Origin: Negativicutes bacterium
Lineage (GTDB): Bacteria > Bacillota > Negativicutes > UBA1444
DNA: 64,000 nt
Direction of reading: 5' to 3'
NCBI GenBank assembly: GCA_963665275.2
Contig: CAXXIN010000013.1
Span: 283,703-347,702, forward strand
Shown here: positions 48,315 through 59,505 of the stretch, in pieces
Layout: each line of letters starts with the position of its first letter
How positions within the stretch are numbered: the stretch's first letter is position 1
Translations under genes and position numbers: made by a program
The notes under the pieces: model-generated
Told to the model about the DNA's origin: nothing
The model's database searches: none
The model's input: the letters and a program-made list of their open reading frames with translations, nothing else

Positions 48315-48869
48315 ATGCCGAACTGCGCCCGGTGCGGAACCGACAATGATTCTTCAGCCAAATTCTGCAAAAATTGTGGTTCTCCAATGGTTTCTCAGGG
48401 TTATGCACCTCCGCCTCCCCCGCCTCCCGGTCAAGGCTACTCCTCCCCACCACCTCCGCCCGGACAGGGTTATCCGCCACCACCACCCCAACCCGGTTAC
48501 TATCAACAGCAGCCCGGTTATGGACAACAGGCGGATTCGGGCCTGCAGCAGAATATTGCCGCACTGTTGTGCTACGTACTAGGTTGGCTCACCGGTTTAG
48601 TATTTTACTTTATCGACAAACGCCCCTTTGTGCGTTTCCATGCGATGCAGTCCATCCTCGTTTTTGGCGGCATCCACATTTTGCATTTGCTGCTCTCCAT
48701 CCTGTTTCCTTTTTTGCACCTATGGTCGTTATTGTTCGCCCTCTCGGGCTTGATTTCGTTGGTTTCGCTCATTCTATGGGTTCTGCTGATGGTCAAGGCC
48801 TATCAGAACGAATGGTATAAGGTCCCGGTTGTCGGCGACATCGCCATGCAAAAATCTCAACAGCCATAA
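48315..48869 (+). CDS. Zinc-ribbon / Pro-rich / DUF4870-type membrane protein
   Basis: CARCG..FCKNCG, three (Q)GY.PPPPP repeats, AALLCY..FVRFHAMQS. Confidence 0.85.
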   Translation: MPNCARCGTDNDSSAKFCKNCGSPMVSQGYAPPPPPPPGQGYSSPPPPPGQGYPPPPPQPGYYQQQPGYGQQADSGLQQNIAALLCYVLGWLTGLVFYFIDKRPFVRFHAMQSILVFGGIHILHLLLSILFPFLHLWSLLFALSGLISLVSLILWVLLMVKAYQNEWYKVPVVGDIAMQKSQQP

Positions 48870-48903
48870 AAATTTTGGCTAATTCGTATCTGCGGAATTG
48901 TTT

Positions 48904-48941
48904 GAATCCCCGGCGTCTCGACAGAGATACGCCGGGGATTC
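48904..48941. terminator. Hairpin between convergent genes
   Basis: GAATCCCCGGCGT..ACGCCGGGGATTC. Confidence 0.7.
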
Positions 48942-49117
48942 TTCATCGTGACCGAACAGCATCGGTGGTGATCAAGTATCTTGCTGATTTTTCGGCCTAT
49001 TTCGTGTCTAGAATCGAGGGAGTTCATCTTAGCCAAGCGGCATTACCTACATTTTTGTCACCAGAAGTCCTTTAGCCGCCAAACCGTGGATCTGTCCGCT
49101 TCCCGACCGAGGTGTCG

Positions 49118-50089
49118 TTATACTTCCCGGCCCGCGTCGCCTGCTCCAGAATCTCCTGATCCTCTTTCAGCACAGCCTACCTTTTTTTCCAGAGTCCTTA
49201 TCAGCAGCGTCAGGGTCCGGTTCACCGGCGTCAGCACACCGACCCGCTCGCCTTCCCGGACCAATGCGCCGTTGATGGCATCAATTTCGGTATGACGCCC
49301 GTTCAGAATATCCTGCAGCATGGAAGACTGATTACCGCCTGTTGCCCTGGCTGTGGACAGAACTTTCGACACCGCATCTTCATAGGGCAGCCAAATGCCT
49401 GCGGCGGCGGCCACCTGTACCGCTTCTCCCACCGCCATCTCCACCAATTCCCTGGTTTCGTAGAAATCAGACAGTTGCCCGTTACGCAGCTTCAACAGCG
49501 CCGTCAGCGCATTGATCCCAATGTTGATGACAAGCTTACCCCAAATCAGTGACTGAACCTCATCATCTGCCGTGGCCGGAAGCCCTGCCTGTGAAAACAC
49601 CCGGGCAGTCTCATGGCAAAACTCATCCGCAGGACCGGCAAGTCGCCCGATATGCGTATCGCCGGTTCCTCCCAAACGGACCCGCCCTACCCCCAATAAG
49701 GTAGCCCCCATGGCGGTCGTTCCGGCCAGAACTCGCTCTTTTCCGACAATCTCTGCAATAGTTTCCGCATTGCCCAACCCGTTCTGCAGTGTAAGAACCC
49801 GAGTTGACGGGCCCAATATCTCCCGGGCGCTTTTTGCCGCCGCACCGGTCATGTAAGATTTGACAAAAATAATGATCAGGTCGGCGGGGGGCAGGTCTTC
49901 CACCCGTGTAACAGCCGCCGGGTGTGACACGAAGGTTCCGGCTTCATCTTCCAGAATCAGTCCCTGTTGTCTGATCCTTTCGATATGCTCCTGCCAGACA
50001 TCCATGACGGTCACCGTCTCTCCTGCCGCGCTAAGGCGGGAAGCGAACAGGCCACCCATCGCACCTGCGCCGATGATGACAATCTGCAT
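49118..50089 (-). CDS. panE: 2-dehydropantoate 2-reductase
   Basis: GAGAMGG, LQNGLGN, WGKLVINIGIN, SSMLQD, TEIDAING. Confidence 0.94.
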   Translation of the reverse strand: MQIVIIGAGAMGGLFASRLSAAGETVTVMDVWQEHIERIRQQGLILEDEAGTFVSHPAAVTRVEDLPPADLIIIFVKSYMTGAAAKSAREILGPSTRVLTLQNGLGNAETIAEIVGKERVLAGTTAMGATLLGVGRVRLGGTGDTHIGRLAGPADEFCHETARVFSQAGLPATADDEVQSLIWGKLVINIGINALTALLKLRNGQLSDFYETRELVEMAVGEAVQVAAAAGIWLPYEDAVSKVLSTARATGGNQSSMLQDILNGRHTEIDAINGALVREGERVGVLTPVNRTLTLLIRTLEKKVGCAERGSGDSGAGDAGREV

Positions 50090-50106
50090 GGCTCTCCTTT
50101 CGCGCC

Positions 50107-50943
50107 TCAGTACAGGCGCTTCAGCACTTCTTCCTTCATAGTGAAGCTGTGCTCAGGTCCCGGGAAAGCGCCGGACTCGACTTCCTGCGCATAGCTGTTC
50201 AAAGCTGTTAAAATGTCATCGCTGACATTAGCATATTTCTTTACGAATTTTGGCACGAATCGGTCGAATAAACCGATCATGTCGTGGAGCACCAGCACCT
50301 GTCCGTCACAGTCGACTCCGGCGCCGATACCGATCGTGGGTATGCTGATTTTCGCCGTGATCAGTTTCGCCAACGGCGCTGGAATCGCTTCCAATACGAT
50401 CGCAAACGCGCCGGCCTCTTCGAGTTTCTCTGCTTCCGCCAGCATCCGCTGCGCCGCCGCCCCATCTTTGCCCTGGACTTTGAATCCACCCAACTGCGAA
50501 GCGGTCTGTGGCGTCAGCCCGATATGCGCCATCACCGGAATCCCAGCATCAACTAGCGCCCGCACAACAGGAACGACCGGCAGTCCTCCCTCAAGTTTGA
50601 CGCAATCGGCGCCGCCCTCTTTCAACAGGCGGCCCGCATTCTCGATCGCCTTCTCGATGCTCACATTATACGACATGAAGGGCATGTCGCCGACAATCAA
50701 GGTATTGCGCGCGCCTCTCACAACCGGTTTGATGTGATGCACCATTTCATCCATGGTCACAGGCACTGTCCCATCATAGCCAAGTACCACCATGCCGAGA
50801 GAATCCCCTACCAAGATCATTTCGATCTCCGAGCGATCCACCAGCAAAGCGGTCGGATAGTCATATGCCGTAACCATCCGGATTTTCTTGCCGTTTTCTT
50901 TCCATTCCTTTAACTGGGGAATTGTCACTTTCTGTTTTGCCAT
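50107..50943 (-). CDS. panB: 3-methyl-2-oxobutanoate hydroxymethyltransferase
   Basis: TAYDY, LVGDSLGM, VKLEGG, HIGLTPQ, IGIGAG..CDGQVLV. Confidence 0.97.
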   Translation of the reverse strand: MAKQKVTIPQLKEWKENGKKIRMVTAYDYPTALLVDRSEIEMILVGDSLGMVVLGYDGTVPVTMDEMVHHIKPVVRGARNTLIVGDMPFMSYNVSIEKAIENAGRLLKEGGADCVKLEGGLPVVPVVRALVDAGIPVMAHIGLTPQTASQLGGFKVQGKDGAAAQRMLAEAEKLEEAGAFAIVLEAIPAPLAKLITAKISIPTIGIGAGVDCDGQVLVLHDMIGLFDRFVPKFVKKYANVSDDILTALNSYAQEVESGAFPGPEHSFTMKEEVLKRLY

Positions 50944-51039
50944 TAGCTTTTGCCTCCTATTTTCTCAGAAGTTTCATAGTTATTTTTCTTATTTCCCCTC
51001 GCGGCCGTATTTCCCTGCAAAAAATTCACATAAATTCTC

Positions 51040-51077
51040 TTGACATTATTTCGGTATTATAGTACCTTAATACTATA
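51040..51077 (+). promoter_or_regulatory. SigA promoter overlapped by an inverted repeat (candidate Rrf2 operator)
   Basis: TTGACA-17-TACCTT; TATAGTA-N6-TACTATA at 51058-51077. Confidence 0.55.
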
Positions 51078-51091
51078 AAAGAGGTGAAGAC

Positions 51092-51526
51092 ATGGTTGCA
51101 TCATCGATCATACAAGTTTCCGAAGCTGCTTCTCTGGCATTGCACAGCATGGTAATCTTGGCCGCGTCACCAGACAAATCGTTGACAGTAAAGGAAATCA
51201 CCGCCCGCACAGGAGTATCTGAAGCTCATCTGTCAAAAGTTATGCAGCGCCTCGCGAAAGCAGGCCTGGTCAAATCAACCCGCGGCCCCAAAGGGGGATT
51301 TCTGGTCGGTGACAGTGGTCTCTCGACTTCCCTGCTGTCCATTTTCGAGGCGATTGAAGGCCCCGTACCCAATAGCACTTGCCTGTTGCCTGTCACCGAG
51401 TGTCCCTTTCGCGAATGCCTTTTCGGCGGATTACTCGGACGCATGACGTCAGAGTTCAAAGAATATATGAAAAATAAAACGCTGGGAGAAATGGTCTCCT
51501 GCAAGAAAGAGGAGAAAGCAACATGA
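51092..51526 (+). CDS. Rrf2 family transcriptional regulator (three Cys)
   Basis: HLSKVMQRLAKAGLVKSTRGPKGGF, AIEG, CLL..C..C. Confidence 0.93.
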   Translation: MVASSIIQVSEAASLALHSMVILAASPDKSLTVKEITARTGVSEAHLSKVMQRLAKAGLVKSTRGPKGGFLVGDSGLSTSLLSIFEAIEGPVPNSTCLLPVTECPFRECLFGGLLGRMTSEFKEYMKNKTLGEMVSCKKEEKAT

Positions 51527-52299
51527 AAAGAAAGATTATCCGCATTGATGAAGAAAAGTGCAATGGCTGCGGCCAGTGTGTCATCGGTTGCGCCGAAGGC
51601 GCTATCCAGCTGCTTGACGGCAAGGCAAAACTGGTGAGTGAAGTCTATTGTGACGGCTTGGGCGCCTGCATCGGCGAATGTCCGGTGGGAGCACTGACTC
51701 TCGAAGAAAAAGAAGCCCCAGAATATGACCAGGCCTTGGTCGACAAACATCTTTTGGCTTCAGGACGGGCGCCGCATTCCCCTATCTCTCCCAACTCCCC
51801 ATCAGCGGTTCCGGTTTTCCAAGGCTGCCCCGGTTCGATGGCCCGTTCTCTCCATCAAAACGTGAACACTTCCGCCCCGGAAGCCTGTCCCGGCTCCATA
51901 TCGTCCGCCCCGACGCCTCATTCGGCTCTCGGCAACTGGCCGGTGCAGTTCTCACTTCTTCCGATAAACGCGCCCTATCTGGAACGCGCCTCGCTTCTGA
52001 TGGCAGCTGATTGCACAGCTTTTGCCTACCCTGATTTTCACCGGCGTTTCATGAAAGGCAAAGTCGCGATCATCGGCTGCCCCAAACTCGACGACGCCGG
52101 AATGTACCGGGAAAAACTCGCCAATGTCATTCAAGCTAACGATATCGAGTTCATCCATGTTGTATATATGGAAGTTCCTTGCTGCGGCGGGCTGGTCAGA
52201 CTCGTACAGGGTGCAGTGTCGGACTCCGGTCACAAAGTTCCGGTCAAACTCACCAAGATCAGCATCGGCGGCGAAATCCTCGATGAAGCTGTCCTTTAA
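51523..52299 (+). CDS. 4Fe-4S dicluster protein (hcp-associated type)
   Basis: CNGCGQCVIGC, CDGLGACIGECP, WPVQ, AADC, GCPKLD, MEVPCC. Confidence 0.9.
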   Translation: MKRKIIRIDEEKCNGCGQCVIGCAEGAIQLLDGKAKLVSEVYCDGLGACIGECPVGALTLEEKEAPEYDQALVDKHLLASGRAPHSPISPNSPSAVPVFQGCPGSMARSLHQNVNTSAPEACPGSISSAPTPHSALGNWPVQFSLLPINAPYLERASLLMAADCTAFAYPDFHRRFMKGKVAIIGCPKLDDAGMYREKLANVIQANDIEFIHVVYMEVPCCGGLVRLVQGAVSDSGHKVPVKLTKISIGGEILDEAVL

Positions 52300-52362
52300 A
52301 AGTATTTTGATCTTAAATCCAACACAATACGTATGAATCAATAAAAACAGGAGTGAATCAAC

Positions 52363-52695
52363 ATGAACGAAACAGTTAAGAATATCCCCATGTCCCAAGC
52401 CATCTCCCTTGCCGGATTGGTTGACGTCGAGGCCGGAAAAGTCATCAGTCGGACTTTCGTGCAGCGTCCAGACCTGTCGATAACCCTGTTTGCTTTCGCA
52501 GCCGGTGAAGGAGTTAGTACCCACTCCGCTCCTGGCGACGCCATGGTCTATATCCTCGACGGCGAAGCAAAAATTACCCTTGGTGGCGTCCCAATGACTG
52601 CAAAAACTGGCGAAATGGTCGTAATGCCTGCGAACATCCCGCACGCGGTTGATGCAGAAAAAGACTTCAAAATGCTCTTAACCGTCGTTAAGTAA
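52363..52695 (+). CDS. Cupin domain protein
   Basis: TLFAF..GEGVSTHSAPGDA, MPANIPHAV. Confidence 0.88.
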   Translation: MNETVKNIPMSQAISLAGLVDVEAGKVISRTFVQRPDLSITLFAFAAGEGVSTHSAPGDAMVYILDGEAKITLGGVPMTAKTGEMVVMPANIPHAVDAEKDFKMLLTVVK

Positions 52696-52794
52696 AAGTC
52701 TTTTGGTCGTGCGTCTGTCAGTGAGCTTTTCAGCGTGGCCAATTTCTGATAGACTGTAAATAGACAAAAAATTCTGAAACGGAGATGAAGTAGA

Positions 52795-54442
52795 ATGTTT
52801 TGTTACCAATGTGAACAAACTGCCAAAGGAACTGGTTGCGATGTGTTCGGCGTCTGTGGAAAGGACCCGAAAACGGCGGCCCTTCAGGACCTGCTGCTCC
52901 ACGTAGCCAAGGGAATCTCGATGTACGCTCATCGGGCTGCCGTGCTCGGCGCACAAGATCCTGCAGTCAACAAATATGTCATCGAGGCCCTGTTCACCAC
53001 GATCACGAATGTAAACTTCGACCCCCTGCGTCTAGAGGGAATTCTGCGGCAAGGCGCCGTAGTCAAGGCGAAAGCCAAAGTTCTTTATGATGCCGCTGCA
53101 TTGAAAGCCGGCAAAGTGCCCGAAACATTGTCCGGACCCGCAGCCTGGACTCCGGCAGCCGATCTCGCAGGTCTCGCTGCTCAGGGTGAAGAGCTCGTGA
53201 TCAGCAAAGAAATTGCGGCACGCGGCGCAGATCTTACCGGCCTTGAATATCTCATCATTTTCGGACTCAAGGGAATGGCGGCCTATGCCGATCACGCGGA
53301 AGTCCTTGGCAAGGTTGATCCCAAAGTCAACGCCTTCTTCCATGAAGCACTCGACTTCCTGACCCAGCCGGATCTCGGCGTCGACGCTTTGCTGGGCATG
53401 GCTCTGCGTTGCGGTGAGGTCAACATCCGGGTCATGGAACTGCTGGATGAAGCAAACACCAGCACCTACGGCCATCCCGTGCCGACCCCTGTGCGCATTA
53501 CCGCAGTCAAAGGCAAGGCGATCCTGGTCTCCGGCCACGACTTGAAAGATCTCGAAGAATTGCTCAAACAAACCGAGGGAACCGGCATCAACATCTACAC
53601 CCATGGCGAGATGCTGCCCTGCCACGGTTATCCCGGCCTCAAAAAGTACAGCCACTTCGTCGGCAACTACGGCGGCGCCTGGCAGGACCAGCAGAAGGAG
53701 TTCGATGCATTCCCCGGCTCCATCCTGATGACCACCAACTGCATCCAGAAGCCAGCCGAGTCCTATAAAGGACGTATTTTCACCTGCGGCCTCGTAGCGT
53801 GGCCCGGGGTTCTCCATATTACCGATCGCAATTTCAAGCCAGTCATTGATGCCGCACTGGCAGCCCCCGGTTTCCCTGAAGACGAACCGGAGAAAAACAT
53901 CCTCGTCGGCTTCGGACGCAACGCTGTCCTCGGTGCTGCCCCCAAAGTCATCGAACTGGTCCAGGCCGGCAAAATCAAACATTTCTTTCTCATCGGCGGT
54001 TGCGACGGCGCCAAGAGTGGCCGCAACTACTATACAGATCTTGCGACCCAAGTGCCCAAAGACTGCGTCATCCTGACGCTGGCCTGCGGCAAATACCGCT
54101 TCAACAAACTTGAATTTGGCGATATTGAAGGAATCCCCCGCCTGCTCGACGTCGGGCAGTGCAACGATGCTTACTCTGCGGTCCGAATTGCTATGGCTCT
54201 CGCCGACGCCTTCAAGACCGATGTCAACGGACTGCCGTTGTCGCTGGTGTTTGTCCTGGTATGAGCAGAAAGCTGTTTGCATCCTGCTCTCCCTGCTCTT
54301 CCTCGGCGTCCGCAACATCCGCATCGGCCCAACAGCCCCGGCGTTCCTAACCCCGGCGGTTTTCCAGGTTCTCCATGACAAACTCAACCTCATGCCCATC
54401 ACAACCCCGGAAGCAGACCTCAAGGCAATGCTGGGACAATAA
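52795..54442 (+). pseudogene. hcp: Hybrid cluster protein (hydroxylamine/NO reductase) with a single +1 frameshift at about 54250-54252
   Basis: MFCYQCEQT..CGK, YTHGEMLP, TTNC, GGCDG, GQCNDAYS; removing one T restores LSWYEQKAV. Confidence 0.93.
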
Positions 54443-54458
54443 AACGATCTCAAGACAG

Positions 54459-54503
54459 AGACAGAAAAAGGACTCGGCGTTGTGTCGAGTCCTTTTTCTG
54501 TCT
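54459..54503. terminator. Bidirectional terminator
   Basis: AGACAGAAAAAGGACTCGGC..GTCGAGTCCTTTTTCTGTCT. Confidence 0.8.
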
Positions 54504-54556
54504 GCTACGATTACAAACCCTATATTCGATTGCCGCGTCGCTTTGCTTTTTCCTGA

Positions 54557-56319
54557 TTACATCCGGTTGTCCGCTTTTTTAAACAAATCAACCGAACACT
54601 CCCCCGGTTCAGCTGCAAAAGCATAACCAACCGAAAGACTCACCGGAATATCAGAGTCAGTTTGTTGTGCTTGTTCCTCCATCGTTTGAAGCAACCGGCC
54701 AAAAATTTCTTCCACTGCGACTTCGGCGGCATTGCGCAAGATAATGGCAAATTCATCTCCGCCAATCCTCGCCACTACATCCTCCTGCCGAACGCTCCGG
54801 CTCAACAACCCCGCAGCACGGCTCAGCATTTCATCGCCTTTGGAATGACCCCAGGTATCATTCACCAGCTTCATGCCATCGACATCAGCGACAGCAATGG
54901 CCACCGACCCACTGTGACGGCCATCGAGACGCCGCAACTCCTCTTCGAAGTAAGCACGGTTATAGACTCCGGTCAGAGCATCATGGAAGCTGATGAAGCG
55001 CAACCGCTCCTCCGACTCCCGTCGGGCCGTAATTTCGAAGAAGGTAACGACAACCTGTTCGATGTGCCCCGTGTCGCTAAAGTCAGGAAATGCGTCTACT
55101 TGAAACCATCTGGTCACGTTGTTCTGTCTGATTCCCATCGTATAGTCGCGTAAGGCTTCGCCCTTCGCCAACACCAAGCGGGCCGGAAAATCCGTTGCAG
55201 GCAGTCTGTCTCCTTGGTTTGAAATATATTCCCAACCGGTTGGAAAATGAGCTTTCCCGGTAAGTTGCCCGTCCGTCAGGCAAGCAAGATCCAAAGCTGC
55301 CGTATTCCAAAATGTTGGATTTCCAACATCATCATGAACGATGACGCCAATGGCAAGATTCATTAGCAAATCCCGAAATTTTCGTTCACTCTCGGCCAAA
55401 GCCCTAGTTTTACGGTTCACGGTCCGGCGCAGCAACCAGTTCCAAAGCAGCAGCAAAACGGATATCAGTAGAATTGAACCGATAATCGCGATTCGCAACC
55501 GATAATCAATGGCAGAAACCGGTGCGGTATCCCCGAACCATTTTCGATCGATGTTCCCGTATTCAGCTTCACTTATTTGCGCAAAGCCAGACTCCACCAG
55601 TTTCAGTGTATCGGAGTCCCCCTTGCGCACGGCCCGGTGAAACTCGCCGAAATAGATCGGCTGCGAAAACCGGATTTCATCTCGCAAACCGTTTTTAAGC
55701 AGGTAATACAGTCCCGGTTGTTTTTCCATGATGAAAATCAACAGACTGTTGTCGCGCGCCGCCATAATTAAGGCTTCATAGCTCTTATACTCAACGATGC
55801 CGGAAATCCCAGCTCTTTTTAGAACCGCCGTCGAATGGCCGCCGCCTTTTACCCCGACGTTGAATCCTCGGAGAGATTCTATGCCCGTAATTCCTGGCAA
55901 GTTTTTGTTGAAAAAGATAACGGTATCCAGGCGCGTATAAGGTCTGGAGAAATCATAAATCTGTTCGCGCTCCGGATTTATAAAGATCGTGTCGATAACG
56001 TCGTGACGTCCGGCTTGCATCTCCGACTGGGCTTTTGCCCAGTCCATTCGCCGCAACTTCAACTGTAATCCCGGTTTTCTTTTCCCACAGCGCCCACTGA
56101 TCAATCAATAGGCCGGTTAACTTTCCTTCCCCGTCGCGAAAGACATAGGGTGGACAAGTTGTCGTCCATCACGACTTTCAAAACCCGTGGTTCGGTTGCT
56201 AAGCTTTGTGACATAGACAAGAAACCCAGTACCAGAACCAGGATTCCCGTCGCCAATATCAGGAAGGTTTTATGTCCGGAACACTTCTTGTCCATTGCCA
56301 TTTTTATGTAATTCGGCAT
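54557..56319 (-). pseudogene. Periplasmic-binding domain-TM-PAS-GGDEF diguanylate cyclase, frameshifted near both ends
   Basis: Signal peptide plus LKVVMDDN in one frame; PBP, TM, HDALTGVYNR, RQED, GGDEF in another. Confidence 0.85.
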
Positions 56320-56405
56320 GGCGTTTTTTTATTCCTGTTTTTTCTTATTTTGCTTATGAATCATTTGCCTTTCCATTGGTCCTTTTCCTTACGTCGCAAT
56401 GTTTA

Positions 56406-57440
56406 TTAGCGCTGCACCCGGCCTGAACCGTCACCCTTCATCAAGCCTTCGACTTCGATAACACTTACGAGATTGAAATCACCAGGAATAGTATGCTTCA
56501 GACAGGATGCAGCCACCGCAAACTCGATGGCCTGCTGGTTGTCCAGTCCCTGCAGCATTCCGTAAAGCAGACCGCCGCCGAAGGAATCACCCCCACCGAC
56601 ACGGTCCACAATGTGGATGTCGTACTTTTTCGATTGGAAAAACTCGCCCATGGACGAATCATACAAAATGGCAGACCAGCCGTTGTCGGAAGCCGAATAG
56701 CTTTCCCCGCAGAGTAATCGCAACTTTTTTGAATCCGAACCGAGCCACCAGCTTGCGGCAAACCTCTTTGTAGCCGGCATCATCAATCTTTCCCGACTGC
56801 ACTTCCGTGTTTTCAGCCTTGATCCCAAATACCTTCTCCGCATCTTCTTCATTGGCGATGGCGACATCTACAAAGGGCATCAGCGTGCTCATGACCTCGT
56901 TGGCTTTGGCTGAACTCCACAGGTTTTTCCGGAAGTTCAGGTCGCAAGTCACCGTCAAGCCGGCCCTTTTTTGCCGCCTGAACCGCTTCGAGGCTCACAG
57001 CCGCAGCGCTGTCGCTCAGGGCAGGCGTGATCCCTGTTATGTGAAATATTTCTGCTCCCGCAAATATCGCCGCCCAGTCGAATTCGCCGGGCTGAACCTT
57101 CGCGATGGCCGAATCCTTGCGGTCATAAATCACTTTGGAAGCCCGCTGCGAAGCGCCGGTTTCCAGATAGTAAATTCCCAACCGGCTGCCCTTCCATCTT
57201 GATGTAGTCCGGTCTTGATACCGTATTTTTGCAGAAAGCAGCGGCAAGCCTGGCCGATCTCATGAGGCGGCAGTTTAGTGACAAGTAAGCGTCATAGCCA
57301 TATTGCGCCAACGAAGCCGCAACATTGGCCTCTTCCGCCGGCATAGGTCGCATCAAAGGAATTTGCCTGCAAGAAGCGCTGATAACCGGGAGGCGCCAAT
57401 CGCATCATAACTTCCCCGAAGGTGACGACTTTTTGCTCAT
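56406..57440 (-). pseudogene. kdgK: PfkB-family 2-keto-3-deoxy sugar acid kinase, frameshifted
   Basis: AEEANVAASLA, LGIYYLETGASQR, DLNFRKNLW, DRVGGGDSF..LKHTIPGD in different frames. Confidence 0.87.
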
Positions 57441-57453
57441 CGTTATTCCCTCC

Positions 57454-58095
57454 TTACTTGCTTCTGGCAGCCTTGATATTATCCACAAATAGACGGGCAG
57501 CAGCCGTGACTGCGGCATAATCGCCGGTCTTGGCGCCAGCCGTCAGCGATCCCCCTACACCGAGCGCTACGCGCCCGCATCAAACCATTCCTTGACGTTG
57601 CCGGCAGTTACGCCGCCGGTCGGCATGAGTGGCGCCTGCGGGATCGGTCCATGCACAGCCTTGATGAATTGCGGCCCCAATAGCTCGCCGGAAATACCTT
57701 CACGATATCGGCGCCCGCTTCCATGGCTTCCACAACTTCCCTGACGCTCATTGCACCCGGCATGCTAGGTACTTGATAGCGGTTGCAAAGCTTGATGACA
57801 TCGGTATTGAGGCAGGGAGTAACTACGTACTCGGCCCCGGCAAGAATCGCCGCCCGCGCGGTCTCGGGATCAAGCACCGAACCCACGCCCAGCGTGATTC
57901 CTTCGACATTGCAGAAAACAGATAATTCCCTGATCACTTCGAGCGCGCCCGGAACCGACATCGTTACTTCGATGACCTTGATACCGCCAGCACTGATTGC
58001 ATCCACAATCTTTTCGCTTTTTCGGCGTCATCGGTCCTTACGATCGCTACAATTCCGCTTTGTAGCACTTTCCCCAAAATATCCAGCTTTTTCAT
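57454..58095 (-). pseudogene. eda: KDPG/KDPGal aldolase, frameshifted
   Basis: GIVAIVR, IEVTM, GVGSVLDPETARAAILAGA, GADIVKVFP. Confidence 0.87.
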
Positions 58096-58152
58096 TTCAT
58101 CCGCTCCTTTCTGTGTCTCTGGCGTCTCCCTTGTCCCCCCGGGTTTATCAGT

Positions 58153-59300
58153 CTACCATTCCGCAACGGTTCCATCCGCATGGCGCCACACCGGATTATG
58201 CCAATCGTGTCCGACTATAGCCATCTTCTTCACATGTTCTTCATTAATGACGATTCCCAGACCCGGCCCGCCGGGTATTTTCACCATGCCATTTTCATAG
58301 GCAAAGACGCTTCGATCGGCCAGATAGTCCAGAAGATCGGTGCCCTGATTATAATGGATACCCAAACTCTGCTCCTGGATAAACACATTGTGGGCCGTCG
58401 CGTCCACCTGCAAGCAGGCGGCCAGCGCAATCGGTCCGAGGGGGCAATGGGGAGCGATCGCCACATCATAAGCTTCCGCCATGGCAAATATTTTCTTGCA
58501 TTCAGTAATGCCGCCGGCGTGTGACAGATCCGGCTGCAGAATATCAGCATATCCATCGTTGAGAGCTTTTTTGAAATCCCAGCGGGAAAACATGCGCTCT
58601 CCAATCGCGATGGGAATGTTCGTGTGGTTGGCTATCTCCCGCAGCGCCTCATTGTTCTCCGGCAAGACCGGCTCTTCGATGAACATCGGACGATATGGTT
58701 CCAGCTCCTTCGCAAGCACTTTGGCCATCGGCTTATGCACGCGGCCGTGGAAATCGACTCCAATCCCCACGTCAGGACCAACCGCCGAGCGAACTTCCGC
58801 GATGCGGGCAACGCCGCATCAATCTCCCGGTAAGAATCAACATACTGCAATTCATTGGTACAATTCATTTTGACGGCGGTGAAGCCTCGCTGCACCATTT
58901 CTTTGGCTGCTTTTCCCACGTCACTTGGGTGGTCGCCGCCGATCCAGGAATACACTCGCACGGTATCCCGACAGGCCCCCCCCCAGCAGTTGATAAATCG
59001 GTGCATATATAAACTTACCCTTGATGTCCCACAGCGCCTGGTCAATACCGGCAATGGCACTCATCAGAATCGGACCGCCCCGGTAGAATCCGCCCCGGTA
59101 CATGACCTGCCAGTGGTCTTCGATGCGCATAGGATCCTTGCCAATTAGCCCTTGCGCCAACTCTTCGACCGCCGCCTTCACAGTTGCGGCTTTGCCTTCG
59201 ATCACCGGCTCTCCCCAACCATCGATCCCCTCATCGTGCTGATTTTGAGAAACAGCCAGCGTGGTGGCACCTGATAACAGGTAAAAGAGACTATTTTCAT
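58153..59300 (-). pseudogene. dgoD: Galactonate dehydratase, frameshifted
   Basis: [76 protein letters not shown]. Confidence 0.92.
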
Positions 59301-59304
59301 ACAG

Positions 59305-59481
59305 TCACCCCTTATTCTTATCAGCCGACGTAGCAGCAGATTCCTTCGCTTTGGCTTGTTCCAGTATTTCACGCACTGCATCCGGCATCTGTTCCGGGTC
59401 GAAAGCTGCTTCATGGCAGGCATTTCCGTCTTCCGGCTGCGGGAAAATCCTTCCGAGAACTTTACCGAGCAGTTTGTTCAT
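59305..59481 (-). CDS. Small hypothetical protein (58 aa), below ORF-track cutoff
   Basis: GGAGGGGAGG RBS; MNKLLGKVLGRIFPQPEDGNACHEAAFDPEQMPDAVREILEQAKAKESAATSADKNKG fills the gap between two genes. Confidence 0.55.
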   Translation of the reverse strand: MNKLLGKVLGRIFPQPEDGNACHEAAFDPEQMPDAVREILEQAKAKESAATSADKNKG

Positions 59482-59505
59482 CAGCTTGCCCTCCCCTCCA
59501 GAAAG

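Noticed and set aside
48395-48530. C-rich repeated DNA as a possible CRISPR or VNTR
   Set aside because: It encodes the QGY-PPPPP linker of the DUF4870-type protein; there are no constant repeats with unique spacers.
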